From Thiopseudomonas sp. (GTDB lineage: Bacteria > Pseudomonadota > Gammaproteobacteria > Pseudomonadales > Pseudomonadaceae): a DNA stretch of 64,000 bases. The position numbers were made by a program, and so were the translations under genes. Below are positions 60,432 through 64,000 of this stretch, in pieces. The stretch is from positions 3,918 to 67,917 of the forward strand of contig DASRNZ010000162.1 in assembly GCA_035647155.1 (NCBI GenBank), written 5' to 3'. Position 1 is the first letter of the stretch. The number at the start of each line of letters is the position of its first letter. The notes beneath the pieces are model-generated. The model was not told the DNA's origin. It did not search any database and saw nothing but the letters and a program-made list of their open reading frames with translations.

Positions 60432-61451
60432 TTAACGCCAAACCCCGCGCGCACTGCGATGACTGTGCATCACTTGCACATAATTAGCGCGATCATAGGC
60501 ACTGGGATCAATCGCATGATCACGACAGACGCTGCCTTTAAGCTGGCGGACTGACTCATACTCATGCTCGGTCATCCAGTCACGCATCGCTTGCCCAATC
60601 TCAGCCACGGCCTGTGGCCCTTGCTGAAGTAACACACTGCATAAATGCGTGACATCGGCGCCAGCCATTAAGGCTTTTAACGCATCATCAGCACTGTGAA
60701 TACCACCGGTTACCGCAAGAGATAAGTCCACTTTGCCAAACAAGGTGGCAACCCAATGCACACGCAATAGGTTTTCATAAGAAGACGATAAACTCAGGGT
60801 TGGCACCACTTCTCGTGTCAGCAAATCAATATCCGGTTGATAGAAGCGGTTAAACAGTGACACACCCTGTGCGCCAGCATCTTGCAAACTACGGACAAAA
60901 TGCCCGACCGAACTAAACTGCGAGGACAGTTTCATGGTAATCGGCACCGTCACATGCTGCTTGAGCTCACGTAACACATTGATATAACGCGCTTCAACTT
61001 CAGCACCCGACTCAAAGATATTCGCCGCCACATAGTAGACATTCAGTTCCAGCGCATCGGCACCGGCCTCTTGCAGCTGCTGGCCATAACGCGTCCAGCC
61101 CTCAGTAGAGATACCATTGAGACTGGCAATGACTGGAATCGAGACACTGCTTTTCAGAGTCTGAATATATTGTAAGTATTCATCCAGTTCGCTGCGATAC
61201 ATCGATTCATCCGGCATCGGTAGAAAACTACCCGCCTCGCCAAAACCAATATCCTGTTCATGTAAAAACCGCACTGCTGCAGCTTCACTGGCCAAGATAC
61301 TTTCTTCAAACAGTGACGGTAAAATCACAGCACTGGCACCAGCATCTTCCAGCTCTCGCACGCTGTCCAAGTCACCGGTTAACGGCGATGACGATGGCAC
61401 CAGCGGATTTTTTAGTTTAAGTCCTAAATACTCAGTGGATAAATCAATCAT
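60432..61451 (-). CDS. Dihydroorotate-dehydrogenase-like flavoprotein (non-canonical, PFOR-associated)
   Basis: TIM-barrel DHOD-like blocks (LKLKNPLVPSSSPL, GADALELN, GGIHSADDALKALMAGA). The preferred ATG at 61451 forms an ATGATTGA overlap with the PFOR stop. Confidence 0.75.
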   Translation of the reverse strand: MIDLSTEYLGLKLKNPLVPSSSPLTGDLDSVRELEDAGASAVILPSLFEESILASEAAAVRFLHEQDIGFGEAGSFLPMPDESMYRSELDEYLQYIQTLKSSVSIPVIASLNGISTEGWTRYGQQLQEAGADALELNVYYVAANIFESGAEVEARYINVLRELKQHVTVPITMKLSSQFSSVGHFVRSLQDAGAQGVSLFNRFYQPDIDLLTREVVPTLSLSSSYENLLRVHWVATLFGKVDLSLAVTGGIHSADDALKALMAGADVTHLCSVLLQQGPQAVAEIGQAMRDWMTEHEYESVRQLKGSVCRDHAIDPSAYDRANYVQVMHSHRSARGVWR

Positions 61452-64000
61452 CAGCTGACTCCTTTTTCTCAAGATCCGCAGCGCCAGGCAAATCCGCTAA
61501 CGACTGGTAATGGGCAAAGCGCGCAATCACATCGTCTTGTGCTTGTTGCTGATAGAGCTTCGCCGCTTCTGGGTAGGTACGATTGAGCATACTGAAACGT
61601 GCTTCAGTCGAGCTAAAGTCAGTGTAAGCAATCGACGGCGCCGCAGAATCCAAACGCAATGGATTCATGCCCTTCTCTGCTCGTGCAGGCTCATAACGGA
61701 ATAATGGCCAGTGTCCACTTTTCACTGCCAGATTTTGCTGACGGTGGTTATGTGCTAAATCCACACCATGCGCAATACAAGGTGAGTACGCAATAATCAG
61801 TGATGGACCATCATGGGCGGCGGCATCAATAAAGGCGCGCAAGGTTTGCGTATCTTTGGCACCGTACGCCACTTTAGCGATATAGACATTTTCATAACCC
61901 ATGGCCAACATCGCCAGGTCTTTCTTGGCTGTGGGCTTACCCGCATTGGAGAATTTGGCTACCGCACCGCGCGGTGTAGCTTTAGAGGTTTGGCCACCGG
62001 TATTGGAATACACCTCGGTATCCAGTACTAAGATATTGACATTACGACCTGAGGCTAGCACATGGTCTAGCCCACCATAACCAATATCATAGGCCCAGCC
62101 ATCCCCACCGATAATCCACACACTGCGTACTACCAGTTGCTCAGCTACGGTGAGTAACTCTTGCGCACGCGGCTCATTCGGTAAAGCAGCCAAGCGCTCT
62201 TTAAGTTGAACAACACGTAGGCGCTGCTCAGCAATCTCTTGCTCAGTGTTTTGCTCAGCTGTTAATACAGCATCGACCAAATCAGCACCAATGGCATCAC
62301 GTAACTCTTCCAGCAACTCTTTTGCGTACATTTCTTGCTGATCAATAGCAATACGCATGCCCAAACCAAACTCAGCGTTATCCTCGAATAATGAGTTATT
62401 CCAAGCAGGTCCGCGGCCTTCGGCGTTAACCGTCCAAGGTGTAGTCGGCAGGTTCGCGCCATAAATCGACGAACAACCAGTCGCATTCGCCACCACCATG
62501 CGATCACCAAATAATTGCGTGACCAGCTTCAAATAAGGCGTCTCACCACAACCCACGCACGCACCGGAGAACTCAAACAGCGGCTGCAGCAACATGGCGC
62601 CTTTGATCGTGGTCTTTTTAACTACATTACGATCGTACTCAGGCAGTGCCTCAAAAAACTGCCAGTTGGCTTGTTCTTGTTCACGCAGTGGTTCAATCGG
62701 CTGCATATTCAGTGCTTTATGCGACGCATTGGATTTATCGCGGATGGGGCAGATATCCACACATAAGCCACAACCGGTGCAATCATCCACCGACACTTGA
62801 TACATCATCACATGATCTTGCGGGTAATCGCGCCCTAAGACTTGATGTGACTTAAAGGTTTCAGGGGCATCAGCAACTAAGTCTTTAGGTACTAGTTTGC
62901 TGCGAATCGCCGCATGCGGGCAGACCATCGGGCATTTGCCGCACTGCGTGCACAGATCAGCATCCCAAACGGGAATTTCCAACGCCAATTTGCGTTTTTC
63001 ATAAGCAGCACTGCCCAGCGGAAAACTACCGTCCACTGGCATCATGCTCACAGGAACGCGATCGCCCTCACCGGCAATTAAACGCGCAGTAAAACGGCTG
63101 ATAAAGTCCGGCGCGCCAGCATCCACTAATGGCGGACGCTCAAAAGTACTGCTGGCCACACTGGGTACAGCCACTTCATGCAAACTGGCTAATGCGCTAT
63201 CAATGGCGCGGAAGTTAAAGTCGACAATGCTCTGCCCTTTAATACCGTAGGTGTTTTGCACCGCGTCTTTAATCGAAGCAATCGCTTGCTCACGGGGTAA
63301 TACACCCGAAATCGCAAAGAAACAGGTCTGCATAATGGTATTAATGCGCTTACCCATATTCGCTTGCTGAGCCACGGCATAAGCATCAATACAATAGAAA
63401 CGAATATTTTTTTCGAGGATTTGCTCCTGCATACGGCGCGGTAACTCATCCCAGACCTGATCAACTGGATGCGCAGTATTTAATAAAAACACTGCGCCCG
63501 GCGCGGCCTTATCGAGCATTTCAAAACGCTCGATAAACTGCGGCTGATGACAGCCAATAAATTGCGCCTGATGATCACCAATCAAATAAGTGGAACGAAT
63601 CGGTTGCGGACCAAAACGCAAATGCGACACAGTCATAGCGCCAGACTTTTTCGAGTCATAGACGAAATAGCCTTGCGCATATAAATCAGTGGTTTCGCCA
63701 ATAATCTTAATGGTATTTTTATTGGCGCCCACCGTACCGTCCGAGCCCAAGCCGTAAAACAAAGCTTGCACTGACTTTGTATGTGCGTCGGTATGCAAGT
63801 GCTCATCCCAATCTAAACTGGTGTGAGTGACATCATCATAAATACCAATGGTAAAACCGTTTTTGGGTTGATCCTGCTGCAACTCTTTAAAGATTGCCAC
63901 AACCATACCGGGGGTAAATTCTTTGGAGGATAGACCAAAGCGCCCACCAATCACTGTCGGCAGCTGGGCAAATGGGCTACTGCCCTGCATCTGCGCTTGC
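61444..64000 (-). CDS. nifJ: Pyruvate:ferredoxin/flavodoxin oxidoreductase (NifJ/YdbK type), C-terminal ~850 aa; the 5' end lies beyond the right window edge
   Basis: Two ferredoxin motifs (CTQCGKCPMVCP, CTGCGLCVDICP). ThDP block GGDGWAYDIGYGGLDHV. The reading frame is open to position 64000. Confidence 0.9.
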   Translation of the reverse strand, partial: QAQMQGSSPFAQLPTVIGGRFGLSSKEFTPGMVVAIFKELQQDQPKNGFTIGIYDDVTHTSLDWDEHLHTDAHTKSVQALFYGLGSDGTVGANKNTIKIIGETTDLYAQGYFVYDSKKSGAMTVSHLRFGPQPIRSTYLIGDHQAQFIGCHQPQFIERFEMLDKAAPGAVFLLNTAHPVDQVWDELPRRMQEQILEKNIRFYCIDAYAVAQQANMGKRINTIMQTCFFAISGVLPREQAIASIKDAVQNTYGIKGQSIVDFNFRAIDSALASLHEVAVPSVASSTFERPPLVDAGAPDFISRFTARLIAGEGDRVPVSMMPVDGSFPLGSAAYEKRKLALEIPVWDADLCTQCGKCPMVCPHAAIRSKLVPKDLVADAPETFKSHQVLGRDYPQDHVMMYQVSVDDCTGCGLCVDICPIRDKSNASHKALNMQPIEPLREQEQANWQFFEALPEYDRNVVKKTTIKGAMLLQPLFEFSGACVGCGETPYLKLVTQLFGDRMVVANATGCSSIYGANLPTTPWTVNAEGRGPAWNNSLFEDNAEFGLGMRIAIDQQEMYAKELLEELRDAIGADLVDAVLTAEQNTEQEIAEQRLRVVQLKERLAALPNEPRAQELLTVAEQLVVRSVWIIGGDGWAYDIGYGGLDHVLASGRNVNILVLDTEVYSNTGGQTSKATPRGAVAKFSNAGKPTAKKDLAMLAMGYENVYIAKVAYGAKDTQTLRAFIDAAAHDGPSLIIAYSPCIAHGVDLAHNHRQQNLAVKSGHWPLFRYEPARAEKGMNPLRLDSAAPSIAYTDFSSTEARFSMLNRTYPEAAKLYQQQAQDDVIARFAHYQSLADLPGAADLEKKESADD

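Noticed and set aside
1-64000. Searched by eye for CRISPR arrays, tRNA/rRNA genes, transposases, integrases, phage genes and known defence-system genes
   Set aside because: I saw no regularly spaced repeats, no tRNA-like T-arm/acceptor patterns and no rRNA-like stretches. Every long ORF is accounted for by housekeeping or conserved-hypothetical families. The only HNH protein (yajD) is the conserved chromosomal family, not a homing or restriction nuclease.

Overview
This 64 kb window looks like core chromosome of a Pseudomonas-like gammaproteobacterium, with moderate GC judged by eye. The assignment rests on synteny: pyrF, fumC, pdxJ-recO-era-rnc-lepB-lepA, mucDCBA-algU divergent from nadB, sdhE-ygfX/ygfZ, motY-pyrC-rnt, ppsR/ppsA, a GntR-prpB-prpC-acnD-prpF methylcitrate operon, pabB, an MCP, and clpS-clpA. 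The right edge carries a truncated pyruvate:ferredoxin oxidoreductase with a coupled DHOD-like gene. About 58 CDS can be supported. I found no rRNA, tRNA, CRISPR array, transposase, integrase, phage gene or recognisable defence gene, so this is not an obvious accessory island. Non-coding features I can support are two REP-type inverted hairpin doublets, several intrinsic terminators, sigma-E-type and sigma-28-type promoters, a Fur-box-like palindrome, TGTCGACA operator candidates at the prp regulator, and a perfect 16-bp inverted repeat built from two consensus DnaA boxes. The best candidates for under-described biology, in my order of interest, are: (1) the exported retropepsin-like protease / 7TM inactive-transglutaminase / RimK-like ATP-grasp operon at 48267-51335; (2) the DUF3015 / DUF4105-beta-barrel / lipoprotein hydrolase envelope module at 22692-26028; (3) the periplasmic rhodanese / YeeE / 52-aa Cys-tailed peptide operon at 35652-37849; (4) the LemA / GIDE-like pair with a canonical EF-hand loop at 52751-54229; (5) the PFOR-coupled DHOD-like protein that lacks the DHOD catalytic motif; and (6) the DnaA-box palindrome in the 484-bp gene-free stretch at 59948-60431. 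All functional ideas about these are inference. I ran no database search or computation; motifs and alignments were done by eye.
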